From Azolla caroliniana (lineage: Eukaryota > Plantae > Polypodiophyta), in NCBI GenBank assembly GCA_043228905.1, contig JBHGNT010000017.1, forward strand, positions 17,732,001 to 17,796,000: 64,000 nucleotides of DNA, given 5' to 3'. Shown here one piece after another: positions 10,850-24,122 of this stretch. Under the pieces are notes generated by a model that worked only from the letters and a program-made list of their open reading frames with translations, ran no database searches and was not told the DNA's origin. Every line of letters begins with the position of its first letter. Positions within the stretch are counted from its first letter, which is position 1. The translations under genes were made by a program, and so were the position numbers.

Positions 10850-13800
10850 GTAGTGGAACATGTTGAATTGCCAATAGGCAAGACGAACAATCCACCGAGG
10901 AAAGAATTTCCACTTGTTCCAATAAAGAAAATTGTCACATTAGTACTCCCTTCAACTTTCGTAGATATGCTTTCACTCCATGTTTACCATCGAATACAAA
11001 AGCGTTGCGCATGTTCCAATTATGACACAATCCCCAATATCTCAGAAATAGGAAAACAATCTCCATCTCTGATTTTGGGTCAGCCTATGTAAATTGTGCA
11101 AACACCCATTGTCTAGGTGTCAAATAACTCCGTGATAAAATTTGCCAAATTTGAGAAATGTAATTCCAAATTTGACAAGCAATTGAACATTGTATAAATC
11201 GATGAGTACTATCTTCTATCTTAACTGTGCAAAAGAAGCACGTACCTGTTGCTAGTCCATGACGCTTTAAAGCTAATCCCAAAGGCAATCCTCCGATCAA
11301 AACTCTCCAAATGAATACCTTTGCAACAAGTGGCAATTTAGAATGGCAACTACGTTGTAAGATCTACCACCACCCATGATCAGATTTGTGTATTTTCCAT
11401 TCTTCTTCAGCCTTAGATGATAACCATCCAAGAGACTCAACGGAACAATGATACAAAAGATTAGTAGTCACTTGTAACAATGGTTTTTGACCCCTTAAAC
11501 TCCAATCAATCCACGGTTGTTCTCCTGTTTGTAGAGGTAAGGGACCTTGCATCAATGCAATATTCTGTAGTTGTTGCCAAATAAACCCATAATTAGGCGG
11601 GATGCGTAATAATTGTCGTGCTTCAGTAAACTCCAAAATTCTTTGAGATGGAACCTCAACTATATCTCCCACCTCTTTGACCCCCAAACGAAACAAACAA
11701 TTAAATTGAGAACGCAATCTCTCCTTTCCTGGCCAACATAATAACCGAGAAGACATAAGTAACTCTTTTTGCAAAGAGTTATAATGCTCTCTACTAGATA
11801 ATGGTTTCCATACACATAACAAGAGTGCTTCTTGCCATGAGGTAACTAAGTGTTGAACACATGAAGAACCCGGAATCCTAAGTGAAATACATCCATTCAG
11901 TAATTGCCACCATGAAGCCTTAATCGTTGTCCTCCCATGTGTTAAACCCTTGTTCTCAATAAAATATTGAACAATAGATATCCATGGTTGTGAGTTTGAA
12001 CACATGTCTTGTAATAATGAAAATCTACAAGCCATCATATGCATAGATAAGTTCAATATTCCAACCCCCCCCAATCGCTTAGGGGTTGCTAGATGATTCC
12101 AAGCAATCCATGTGATTCCCATCTTATCCCTCTTCTTCCACAACAAATATCGAAGAGGTGGCAAAACAAAATTCAACGCCTTCTTTGTCCATGGCAATAA
12201 TGGCAAGTAATATAATATCGTGGGTTCCATAATACATTGTACAACCTTCAAGCGAACATGAAATGGCCAAGATTGTGACTTCTAATACATGAACTTATCC
12301 CTCAACTTACTAGACATCCATTCAATCAATTGACCATTTGTAACATTCATTCCTAATGGATAGCCCAAGTGTCGAAAAATAGAGCCTTTCTTCACCATGG
12401 ATCCTTGCCATCCTAAACATTCCAAATCCCTTTCAGTGCATGATATGCGACTAGACTTCCTCCAAGTAATATGTAATCCGGAAGCCAATGCAAATTGATT
12501 CCATACAAGCATCCCCATTTCAAGATTCTCCCGTGAGGCTTGTAAAAACATGAAAGAAACATCCGCCAAAGCTTGTGCTACTATTTGCCCTCCGGACGGA
12601 AGGTGTAAACCCACAATGTCACCATTTATTGCAAGTCTTGATAGCATCACTAACAAAGGATGAGAAACAATAGCAAACAACAATGGGCTAAGAGGGCATC
12701 CTTGACGAACGGATCTTGTGAGGGCAATATCTGATGTAACTCCCCCATTAAGCATTACTCGAGACACTGCATCTTGTCCTAATAAAAATATGAGGCGAGA
12801 CATACGAGGTCCAAAGCCCATTGTATGCATTAACCTAGAAACAAAAGACTAATTAACATGATCATAAGCTTTCTCCAAATCTAATTGCAACATAATCAAT
12901 TCTTGATGAGTGTTCCGAGCATAATCCATGGCCATTTGAACATTCAACACATTATGCAATATATTTCTACCTGCAATAAAACCATATTGGACGGGGTGTA
13001 TCAACTTTGGCAAATACTTTTGTAATCTATTTTTGCCAAGACCTTCGTAAATATCTTGTACAACCCCCCCATCAAAGAAATAGGTCTCCATTGATGAAAT
13101 GACTTAGGAGATGCCACCTTTGGAACTAGTTTAATTAGACCAATCTTCCAAACTTGAGGCATACAACCAGAATCCCAAGACTGTTGAAACATCAAAGTCA
13201 AGGGCCCCTTTAAAATGTTGGAATATCTCTTAAAAATTTCATTTGTCAAGCCATCCCAACCAGGGCTCTTACCACTAGGAAGATGCCTTAAAACTACATC
13301 CACCTCATCCTCAATGAAATCCACATCCAATTCATGACTAATGAGATCATGCACAATACATCCAACCACATCATAAAACTCATGGCGTGTTCTACTCACC
13401 TCATCTGTCATTAACAATAGTGGACCAATTAACTCCTTAAAGTAATGAAGACATATGTCAATTATTGTTGTAGGATCCACTATCAATTCATCCCCTTGCT
13501 TCACATGTACCACATTAGATCGAGCATAAGTAGGATGTAATGCTCGGAAAAACAAATGAGATTGACATTGATTATCAATGAGTCCTTCCCTGAGTTGTCG
13601 CATCTTAGCATAACGATAACTTTGGCATTGCAACTGAGAAATAATAACATGCAATTGACTCTGAATATCCAAAAGCTCCTCATCTAATGGTGTATGTATC
13701 AATAATGCATTACACCTAGAGAGAACTTGTGAGAATTGTCGAATAAGACCTCTTCTTCGTTGAGCATTGGTTACTCCATACATACGATGAATGATGTTAA

Positions 13801-15123
13801 TATTTTGTAATGTGATATCCCATGCTTTAACTCCTTTACGATTCATTTGTTGAGAAAAATTTACCAAAATTTGCTCCATGAGAGAATCAAAGTGAGTTTG
13901 AAGCAAAAGAGAAGAGTTAAAGCGTAGTGGAGGCTTTCCAAGTAAAGATTTATACATTTCAATTGCATGATTACACACCTCCAAGCAAATAGGAAAGTGA
14001 TTTGAAGTTCCAACATCTTGTAGAACGTTCATATGAAGTGATGTCGGTAAAAAAGAATTATCATGCATCACATACATTCTATCTAACCGACTCCATGTTT
14101 GTCTATGTTGAGCAGATTGGAAGGTAAAACCTGGATCATTCCCTTGCAACCATGTCCAAACATCCAACTTCAGAACCTCCATAGCCAATGAGTCCCAAGG
14201 AAGTTGCTCAAGATCATCCATGATTGAATGTTCAGACGTGAATTGAAATGCATCAACACACATGTTAAAATTCCCCATAAGTAATCTTGGTGTTAAGTAA
14301 TTAGGTAATTAACTAGGGTTAATTAGAGACTAATTATAGGGTTACGTTAAGCAACGGAAGATTAGTATGATATGCAAGTGAGAGTGTGTGAGAGGAAGAG
14401 AGAGAGAGAGGAGGTTACACTTATGAACACAAAGATAAATGGGGGATGATTGACTATATTGAAAAGTGTCATCAACATACAAAAATACCCACAATGAGGT
14501 ATATATACAACCCATGTGCAAAGGTGCACATGTGTGGGTAGAACATAGGTACTTATGTGTAAGTCCTACATTAAATGTACTAAGGAGTGGAGGATCTAGA
14601 ATATCCCACTTAAGTACAAGGTCCTATTTAAAGGCTTAAGGTCAACACATTAACTAGATTCGATCTAGGTAACTACTAAGTTACATGTGTTGACTAACTA
14701 GATTAAACTAGTTGAGCTTGATATCTCAACACTTGGACGTCCAATAGATAGGGTTTGAAGGAGTGAACCCCATAATGCAATACGTTGAGTGGCTTGGTTA
14801 GGGGCATAAATCCCAACCACCCACACAACCTCGCCAAAAAAAGTGATTTCTAGAACCAAAAACCGACCATAAGGATCATTATGCACCACTTGAGGATAAT
14901 ACTTATCCCTCACGATTAATACCACACCTGAATAATGATTATTAAGATGTCCTGCATAAAATGATGAATATCCACGCAAATGCATTGTGGATCCTGCTAA
15001 CTCATGACACTTATGCTCAACTGCACATACTACATACCATTCTCTACTTAACAAAGTTTCCCATAGTATATACTTCTTATGAGGAGAACATGCCCCTCTC
15101 ACATTCCATGTTACCACTTTCAT
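10850..15123 (-). pseudogene. L1 ORF2 (APE endonuclease - RT - zf-RVT), broken
   Basis: VVTWNVRG, GNFN, SRLDRMY, KSPGWDG, WRPISL, LDLEKAYD, RQGCPLSP, ALADVS and CFFC..EDSTHRFIQC across ORFs 14698-15123, 13001-14278, 12849-13091, 12282-12830, 11364-12251 and 11085-11336. Confidence 0.9.
14291..14731. mobile_element. Solo LTR (441 bp) inserted in the L1 endonuclease
   Basis: TGTT...AACA ends with TSD CTTGG (14286-14290, 14732-14736). Removing it restores GRPRLLMGNFN in frame. Confidence 0.92.
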
Positions 15124-15283
15124 TCAATCAACAATGTTATGGGAGCACTTGCTCCTTTAGAGCAACCGATGTCATGAAACTAGTCAAAGCATGCTCCAAT
15201 GCTGCATATGGATTTTCATGCACCACATCCTTAGGGTTGTCTATCGAAATCTTTTTTTTAGGTCCTCCCACTTGACGAAAACC

Positions 15284-16651
15284 TCAAGAATTCGATGAAT
15301 TTACAACTCGTCCCAATGAATCAAATTGAAGATGAAGGGGTAATCCCTTATCCCTAGATTGTCGTTGCCAAGGAACTTTTCGAGGGACCTCCCTAGTTCC
15401 TGAATTACCTTGCCAAGTAGTCACACGAGTAGTGGGCAAGCTACTACGATGCATATTCATTGATTTCCCTTTTGACTTGCCCTTAACCTCATGCCAATCT
15501 TTGTCAACAACATCACTACTAGCTCTATCCAACGGTTTTTTCCCCTTATCTTTAACAACTAAACTTTGTTTTTCCATATCCATAGATTCAATTCCCTTAT
15601 TCTTAGGGCCCAAACCTTGAAGTGAGACCTCTTTATAACCTGCTCTAGGTGATGTTCCTTCATCCACAAAATCTGACACACCAACATCTCTCCCAACTCC
15701 TTCCTTATCGTTCCCTTCAATAGGAACCTCTGTAATTGAAGGACAATGATCGTGGCATTCCGCCATAAAGTGACCCCATTCACCACATCCAAAACAATGA
15801 CCTGCAAATGTCTCCCACTTCAGTTTAAAACAAAGACTTCTCATACCAGGAGCATTCATACGCACCCATCCTGGCCTCTTGTGACTTGTATCCCATAACA
15901 CACAAAATCTGCACTTATTTGTAGCATTTGCATGTGGAGATACCAACAATTTACCCATTTGACTCATCAACTCTGGTAAAAGTGGCCATAAAAAAGCATG
16001 CTTACAATCCACTATAACCCAAACAGGACATTCTTGTTTTAACAAAGCATGATAGTCCACTACGGGGGACCATTGCATAACATGCACCAATCGTTTATCA
16101 AAAAACACAGGAACTTTACCCAACAATGCACTCCGATGCTCCGGTGAACGAAATACCACATCATAAAACCCTCGTGGTCCCACATATATATTTTCAACAC
16201 AATTTGGTGACACGATTGTGTTCAACCATTGTTTAATCCAATTAACATATGGGAGTTTGCCGGTAAAAAATAATATAACAACACGATCATAGAATACATC
16301 AAATGATTGCAAAACTACCTTAGCATCAACTTCCACATCATGCACATCCTCTTCAATGCATTCTTTCGCTGCATTTTCATTTTCTTCCACAATATCCGAC
16401 AATAAGGTATTGGCAATTCCCCGTAAATTATCCCAATTACAGTGATCCTTGTGAACTTCATCTACATGTATTATTTTGGCATATGTTAATTTTTTCTCAT
16501 TAATTTCTTCAATTCCCTTAAACCTCTTAGAGCTTCCAATGTCTTCCCTTTCACGATTACATTCAACCATCACATTACTCTTTTTTGGATCAATTGTTTC
16601 CATATCAATATCCCCCACAATTTGTGAGGAATTCATGTTTATGTCCATCAT
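15284..16651 (-). CDS. L1 ORF1 protein (DUF4283-like region plus CCHC zinc knuckle)
   Basis: 455-aa open ORF with GPRGFYDVVF, PVWV and CFGCGEWGHFMAEC, directly upstream of ORF2. Confidence 0.8.
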   Translation of the reverse strand: MMDINMNSSQIVGDIDMETIDPKKSNVMVECNREREDIGSSKRFKGIEEINEKKLTYAKIIHVDEVHKDHCNWDNLRGIANTLLSDIVEENENAAKECIEEDVHDVEVDAKVVLQSFDVFYDRVVILFFTGKLPYVNWIKQWLNTIVSPNCVENIYVGPRGFYDVVFRSPEHRSALLGKVPVFFDKRLVHVMQWSPVVDYHALLKQECPVWVIVDCKHAFLWPLLPELMSQMGKLLVSPHANATNKCRFCVLWDTSHKRPGWVRMNAPGMRSLCFKLKWETFAGHCFGCGEWGHFMAECHDHCPSITEVPIEGNDKEGVGRDVGVSDFVDEGTSPRAGYKEVSLQGLGPKNKGIESMDMEKQSLVVKDKGKKPLDRASSDVVDKDWHEVKGKSKGKSMNMHRSSLPTTRVTTWQGNSGTREVPRKVPWQRQSRDKGLPLHLQFDSLGRVVNSSNS

Positions 16652-16939
16652 TATATCGATCTGGGATAAAAATAATTTTCCATGAACAAGAGAGAAAATC
16701 AGATCTCACCCGATTGAAGAGGTCGAAAATTTTGAAAGCAATCGAAGACCCACAATGAGTTTTGAGTATGTGGATGCCGACAACACAAGATTCCTTATTG
16801 CTATTGCTGCTTCTCGTACAAACTACCAAATTCAACTTGCTATATCTCGTTGCGGAGCTCTACTCGAGGGCTTTCCCACGCTTGTCTTTGTGCTCAATTC
16901 CGTTACCGATAGAGAGCGCAACAATAAAAACATGACATT

Positions 16940-18440
16940 ATTAGAGAGACCTTTGGTAACGATGTTATCACGTCAACTCCGAAGCAAAACAATAGTACCA
17001 CATGACATTATTAAAGTAGAGTTCAGTTTGCCCCCGATGTTAGTAGAAGCACATTTCCAAGTGGTAGTTTTTATTCATCGAATACATAGCCAACCACAAG
17101 ATAGGATATCCCGCCGAGCTTTTGAGGCAATCCTGATCCCTATCTGAGTCCGGAGACCCTAGCTCTTGGTATAGCACTGTAGTGAGTTGTTTACTTGCGA
17201 ATGGTATAGACATTAATAACCTACCTCCCCTTAAGTACAACCATGGGATTGATCGGACTTTAATCTCTCATGAAGACCGTAATAAAGTAATATGCCAAGA
17301 AATATGGCAATTTTACACCCGATTTAAATGGATCACCCCACGAGAGCCACTCCCAACTAAAATGTTGTATTATAAGAACATTTCTTGCACTTCTCTAAGT
17401 TAGGTTTTATTACACGAACAAAACATCTAGATACATTATTATCAAATGCACTAAGGGTGGCCATTGGACAACTTAGGATATCATCTCACCAACTTGAGAT
17501 GGAGAATGGTCGTGCTAATAGAGTTCCTAAAGAGGAAAGGCTATGTAGGTTATGTCACATAGAGATAGAGGATGAGTATAACTTTACATGCAAGTGTCCA
17601 ACTTATACCGAGATAAGGGCGAAATACCAAGACATACTAGGACCCTCTCCCACCCTCTCCAAACTATTAGATACCCCGAATATAAAGAGACTAGGTAGGT
17701 ATATCTTAGAGCTAAACCAACATAGGGAGATTAAATTACAAAGTGTTAACCATAACCCTTTTAGTATTCACCAACATGTAACTAATGTAATTTTTCAGGA
17801 ACAAGGGGAGACAATCAATGTGGACACACCTACACCACTCGGCCTCTCTCTTGATGAAGCACAAGTGCAAAGAACAACCAAACACCCTAGGATGTTGGGC
17901 TTCAAAGTTCCTCGACGTGGAGTAGAAACCATAGTTCTAGGCATACGTCCCATTCGTGTCATACTCATACGTGAAAAGGCTCTGAGTATGATTGAAATCC
18001 ATATGCGGTACATAGATATAATCATATATATCATATTGTACATACTATATACTCTGTGTGTGTGTGAGAGAGAGAGAGTGTGGTAGAATATTAGGAACTA
18101 TGGTAGAAACGATTAAGAAGATACGGGAACGTGAGCTACCTCGCCTAGAAGCTATGGTTGGGGTACCTTTTACATTGGGGCCACGAGCCACATCCACATC
18201 AAAACCCTTTGACCTCCTACTTCTTTTCAAGAGACTTGGATGGAAATGAAACTTGGCCTAGCCATTTCCTTATGGAACATGTTTTTTTTTACTACAACCG
18301 TTTAGCTTAAGCTCTACTTTATTTTATTTTATTTTATTTTTACTTTCGATAAATGGGTAAATACCTCATTTTTGTTGTAAACCAATTGTCTCATGGGCCA
18401 GTTTTTATTTTAGAACAGTTAATATATCTTTATCTCTCTT
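16940..18440 (+). mobile_element. 5'-truncated non-L1 LINE (RTEX/L2-like C-terminus), 3' fragment
   Basis: LRISSHQLEMENGR..RLCRLCHIEIEDE..CKCPTY in ORF 17385-18086. Homologous to 30388-31518, 32109-32679 and 54779-54840 in reverse orientation. Confidence 0.85.
17930..18102. mobile_element. 173-bp non-autonomous hAT-like MITE
   Basis: TIRs CATAGTTC...GAACTATG and an 8-bp TSD GTAGAAAC (17922-17929, 18103-18110). The paralogous LINE has the empty site at about 30715-30730. Confidence 0.88.
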
Positions 18441-18672
18441 TTTTTTTATCGTAATTAGCTTACCCTAGTGGTAAGTTGTTAACACTACAAGCACTACGCC
18501 TTGGGTTTAAAACCCAATTTTCTCACTTCTCTCTATTATATATTTCATATATATCTCTTAATTCACTAGATGCCACTGTGGAATGTAAGGGTTGAACCCA
18601 TGACCACCTCATTTGCATTGGGCAACCTTACCAACTAAGCTACATAATTTAAAGGTTTCTACTCTAGATGTC

Positions 18673-18675
<3 letters not shown>

Positions 18676-18745
<70 letters not shown>

Positions 18746-18746
18746 T

Positions 18747-18780
<34 letters not shown>
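18676..18780. repeat. (TA)n(GA)n compound microsatellite
   Basis: Read directly. Confidence 0.92.
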
Positions 18781-18784
<4 letters not shown>

Positions 18785-21700
18785 CTATTAGAAATGTTAA
18801 AGGTCAACTTTGATTGTATGACAATTTTAATGGCATCTTTACCAAATTAAGCTCTTTTGAGGAAATTATCACCAAGCTATTTTCCTCAAAGTTGATAAAA
18901 AAGATCAAATTTTGATTTAGTGACGATAACGATGCAAACTCCACTCCCTCAAAGTTGATAAAGAAGATCTTATTTTGATTTAGTGAAGTTAAGAATTTTA
19001 ACTTCACTACCTAGAAGTTGATAAGAAATATCATATTTTAATTTAGTGAAGTTAATTATGTCAACTTCATGAATACAACTAAGAGCATACATAATTGTGT
19101 TCCTTGAACCTTTGCATTAACAAATGAAAAAAATCAAAGCCTTGGATGGCATAGCCCATCCACCTTTATGATCACAAAAATATTTTAAAGATTGGTAATC
19201 AGTTGTGACCACAAACAATTTCCACATAAATAGTGCCTCTAAGTTTTAAACACATAAATGGCTGCATTATTTTCCCCTTTAAATGAATACTGACATTGAG
19301 AATAGTCAAGTTTCATGCTTTCTACATCTTGGTAAAGAAGAGTGATGTTGATTGTATAATCATTCATGTCAATTTAAACCTCAAAAGCTTTGGAAGGTTC
19401 AACCAATATGAGAGTTGGAGCAATGCAAACATGTTCCTTAATGATTAATAAACTTATGTTTTCAACCTTTTAAAAAATCAATAAATGGTGTAGTCAATGG
19501 CGAAAATTTAGGAATTACCTTTCACAACAAACGAACAAAACCAAGAAATGAAAGAAGGTCTCAAATAGTATGAGTAATATCCTAGAATCACACTTCTTTG
19601 TTTGAAAAGGATCAATTTAAACACCCTAGTCGCTAATTAAATGTCCTAAGTAGTTGGATCTTTTGAACTCAATCACATTTCAACATTCTCATGTAGAAAT
19701 CTTGGTCTCAGAATGCAGGGATTAAAAAATGAACATGAGAGCGCAATGTTCATTCAAAGTATTGTTATAAATGAGAATATCACCTGAGAAAATGGTGACA
19801 ACATGACCAAGTTAACCTAGAAAAGTGTCATTCATTTATTGTTGAAAAGTTGTTGTAGCACTAGTGATGATGCCAAATGGCATTATTAAAAATTCACAAT
19901 GGCCACAATGCGTACTAAATGTGGGTTTAGGAATTTCATTCTTAGTAATATTTATTTGATGGTAGCCACTTCATAGTTCAATGTTGGTAAAGAATCGAGC
20001 AATATTGTCATGTTGCCAATGGCACACGATGTGAATTCATCTTCAAATGACAGATTTTCTCTATTTTAAAATACTACTCCACAATATCTGAAGAGGTTTT
20101 AAACTTGTGACCACTACTATAACAATATATGCGCCTAACACGATATTAGCTACTTAATATTATCTAATATCAAAACAAAAAGCTATTATAAATATAATAT
20201 GCACAAAACCATGGTTTTTGCACATGAATGACCCATGCAAGTTTTCCATACGTAGAAACTATGGAAAGTACATTGAATTTATTAAAGATTCCATTAGAGG
20301 AGAGACACCATATAAATGTGTGGTTTGAATGTAATAGGGGAGATAAATTTGAAAAGGATTTTCTTTTTTCTATCATCAATCATGTCTTTGGTGAATCTAT
20401 GTGAGAGATTTCCAGTTCTCCAATGACTTGGGCCCACCTAGTGGATAGAGCCCCTCCACTTGTCCGCGTACATGACACAATGATCACGACATCGTGCAAA
20501 TTATCAAAGCAGATGGTGATGGATACAAATTTTTTATAATCACTTTATTCAAAGGTCAATAACTAACACATGTTTGTTTTGTTCCCTCTTTTGTCATAAC
20601 TAAAATAACTGTGACCGATACTTACCGAACATTTAATCTGACGAATGTGACCTATCCTTAAATAATCCACAAGTAGTGTTGCCATCTCATCCTGTTCAAG
20701 CTTACTTAGTCAATATGGTGGAATTCTCATAGAAACAAAAACTAGTATAAAATCTATTTTATGGTCCATGTTGTGCATAGGTGGTAGTTCCTAAGGAAAA
20801 ACATCGTTGAGATCGTTAATGTTTGAATCATGTACTCTTTGTTTATGAAATGCATTTGATTCACATTAACATTATAATGATAATATTGAAGCACAAGACT
20901 CATTAATAATTGAAAGAACATAAATATACTCATATGGAAGAGACGAGTGATTTTGAAGGATTTATTGTACATTGAATAAAGTGCGTAACACTAAATAGTG
21001 TGAACGTGATCAGATGGTTAATCAAATTGATGCACGATTTTGTATTATAAACCAAGGATAAACCAATCAACGGATCTTAGTTTCATCAAATTAAAGTTAA
21101 GCTTTTCTACATAGAAACCTATGCAAATAAGCAATTTCACTTATCTCATGATAGTTAAAATCATTGTTTTCTACACTAGAAGATAAGAGTGTGAGGTTAA
21201 TCGAGAATGTAAAGAAGGGAGGATTACTTTTAATTTTAGGGATTGAGATGACCCTTTGAGGCCAAGTGTGAACTTCCTTGGGAGTTGTGAGTATAGTTAC
21301 TATAAATATGAAGCTTAGATATCTGCATTTGACACATTATTTAACCACATCGATATTATGATATTATGGTGATGATGAGATAATTGTGGCGAGTCCATGC
21401 CAATACTAGGTATGACTCGAATTCATAATGGTGGTATGGACGCCACTCAAGGCTCGGGGATCAACACCCTTCTCTCTCTCTCTCTCTCTCTCTCATCTTG
21501 TCCATTTCCTTATTTCTTTGAAGTGTAACTACGAGTATGTGAGCATAAATGTTCAAATGTTTGTTGTATCTTTTTGTTTATGTGCATGCATGTCTTCGAC
21601 TTTAAGTATTTACAAAGTCATTATAATGTGAAAATACTTTATTTGTATATAGGTATGAGTGTGTAAGTTTAAGGGTTTTGAAGCGCTATACATGTGTGCA

Positions 21701-22589
21701 GGTGTATATGTATTGTTTAGACATAGGTGTGTATTTGTAAGTGTTTGTGTTTTTATCTCACATGTGTGTTATGAATGTGTTTAAGTGTATGGATAGGTCT
21801 AGTTTGGTGAGGAAAATGGATAGACTTGGAGATGGCTTCAAACATATATTTTAAACTTTTCTTGGAAGGGAAGGATATTCTGTGGATTGTGAAATTTCCT
21901 TCCTTTTCCCCGTGGCACACAATATAGGGAGTGAATGAATGTGAAACCTAGGCTCGAGGGACTGAGCCTACTTTCGGGGCTGAAATTGTGGCTTAGCACA
22001 ACAAGGACTACTACACATGTGGATTGTCATGCATTTTTCGTCCTCTATTCCTCTTCCCCTTTCATTCTCTTCTTCTTTGTTGCTTGTTCGAGAGCAACAA
22101 AGAGGCACTTGTCTTATGTTGGGAGGTTCTCGCAAGGAGGTGGGTGAGAGGAGGGATAACCTATTCCCCTTCTTTTCCCTTGCACGGGGATTTCCACGAA
22201 GGGGCTCTTTGTGGAAAAGTCCATGTGGCCTTTTATCCCATGGGTAAACATATATGCAATTAGTTGATTTGGTAAAGACTTTCAAGTAATTTGAATTACT
22301 CAAAGGTTTTTCACTCCCTTAAAATTTTAATCTCGAGAAGTTTTGTTCTTGTAGAGCACGAGCATTGGGTTTCTCGGAATCTGGTTTGCGGGTTCAACGC
22401 CCTTCATTCGTCATATTCTTTTCTTCATAACATTTTGTTCAAGATTACGATTTGTGATTCCAATTTTTGCTCGATCCTTATGCAACTCACTAAACTATGG
22501 TGTATTGATCACCTCAATGTGGAGATAAAAAATACACCTCTCGCCAAAATAAAGCAAATTTGTGTGGAAGTTAGCATTCAATGATTAGA

Positions 22590-23690
22590 TTTTCTTATCG
22601 GAAGTATTGTGGCAATCCATGTTTGATCATGAATCTCAAAGAATAAATTAAAATCTTTCTTTCAATACATAAAACTCAATATGTAAGGGAAATGCTCCCA
22701 ACAATCAACAATAATCTCTCAAAGGCTTGATGACATGATACAATTAAGTTCTTTACAACAATTAACAGTGTGACATGGCGTAGGAGAGGGAAAGATTAAC
22801 GAAAGAAAAATATGGAAGAGCATTCTTGAATCTGTAATTGATTACACATCACCTTGGTCGACGAAGCTCTTTTCCTGACAATGAGCTCTTTTCCTCCTCG
22901 ACAAACATTTAAACCTTCCTAAATTAGTGGCATGCTTATATCTTGTGCATTATAGAACACCTTTCCTCTTCAATTGCCCCTAGTGAGATTTCACCTAATT
23001 GTTTAAGTGGTTAGCTCTTGCTTGATTCTCGACCCTCTATCTCCTTCCAATTATGTCTTCAACCATAACCTTAACATATCATAAACACGACACTTAGGCA
23101 TTTTTCTCCCTCCACACATGCCACATTACGATACTATCCTATCTAACCAGTCTCAATGTTGCCTAAACTTCCATTTGTAAAGATTTAGTACACACCATGT
23201 ATAGAGAAGGATGCGATCGTATCAAATTCAACACAACTACTAAGCTATGATGAAATGATGAACTGCCAGAGACGCTTGAAACTTCATAGTTCTTTTGGAA
23301 TTCACCACATTCCACTAATTTGTCTTAAATTTCAAAGTTTCCTAGTTTGATATTTGTCTTTTGAATAAAGAATGCCACCATTCTTATCCAAGATTGTAGA
23401 CCTTGAAACATACATTTATACAAAAAACCTTCCATGCCACCATATGACCATACCAATCCAGTAAGCCCTAGTAGATAAGCCCATACCAATCCAATAAGCC
23501 CCGCTAAATAAGCCCATAATCACGCAGGATGCATTGTGGTGCTTCAATAAACTCCCAACTTCTTAGAGATCGAGCCTCAACTATATCTGCCGCCTCTTTG
23601 ACCCTTAAACCAAGCAATCAATTAAATGGAGAGTGAAATCTCTTCTTTTCTAGGCCAACATAATAACCACGAAGACACAAGTAACTCTTT
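22590..23690 (-). mobile_element. Old degenerate L1 3' fragment in the RLK upstream region
   Basis: 23600-23690 aligns by eye with L1 11680-11770 (GGCCAACATAATAACC..GAAGAC..AAGTAACTCTTT). The left boundary is approximate. Confidence 0.6.
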
Positions 23691-24122
23691 CTCTCTATAT
23701 TGCCAGTGGCTTGGTGGTTTACACTATCAGTGGCTTGGTGGTTTACACTATAGCATCAAAAAGTCATGAAATAGTGATATAATTGAGAGAACCCGAGTTT
23801 GATTCTCGCCATGGGCTAGGCCCCGTCTCATAGAGCAAAAATGTCAAACTCGCCATGAGCTATAGGCCAAAGAGCAAAAGCAAGACAAAAGACTTCACAT
23901 CACATGTTCAAAACTACTTGATACTTGACCATTCAAAACTGAAACAGTCTACTTGACTAATGCATCATCTATATGTATTTATACCGAAAAAGACTGCAAA
24001 AATCACTGTCACTGTAGTAGATAGACACAGCTGATCATGAGAGAAACATGCATGCACACAGGAAATATATTAAGGATGGGAAGGAGAAGAAGAAGCAGCA
24101 GCAGAAGATTTCAGATTAGAGC

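Larger units (their letters stand above)
10741..16935 (-). mobile_element. Near full-length L1-clade LINE (degenerate ORF2)
   Basis: ORF1, endonuclease, RT and zf-RVT occur in order on the minus strand, with a T-tract (poly-A tail) at 10741. The 5' boundary is approximate. Confidence 0.9.

Noticed and set aside
16755-17147. 130-aa ORF as a gene
   Set aside because: It spans the junction between the L1 5' region (antisense) and the truncated non-L1 LINE.
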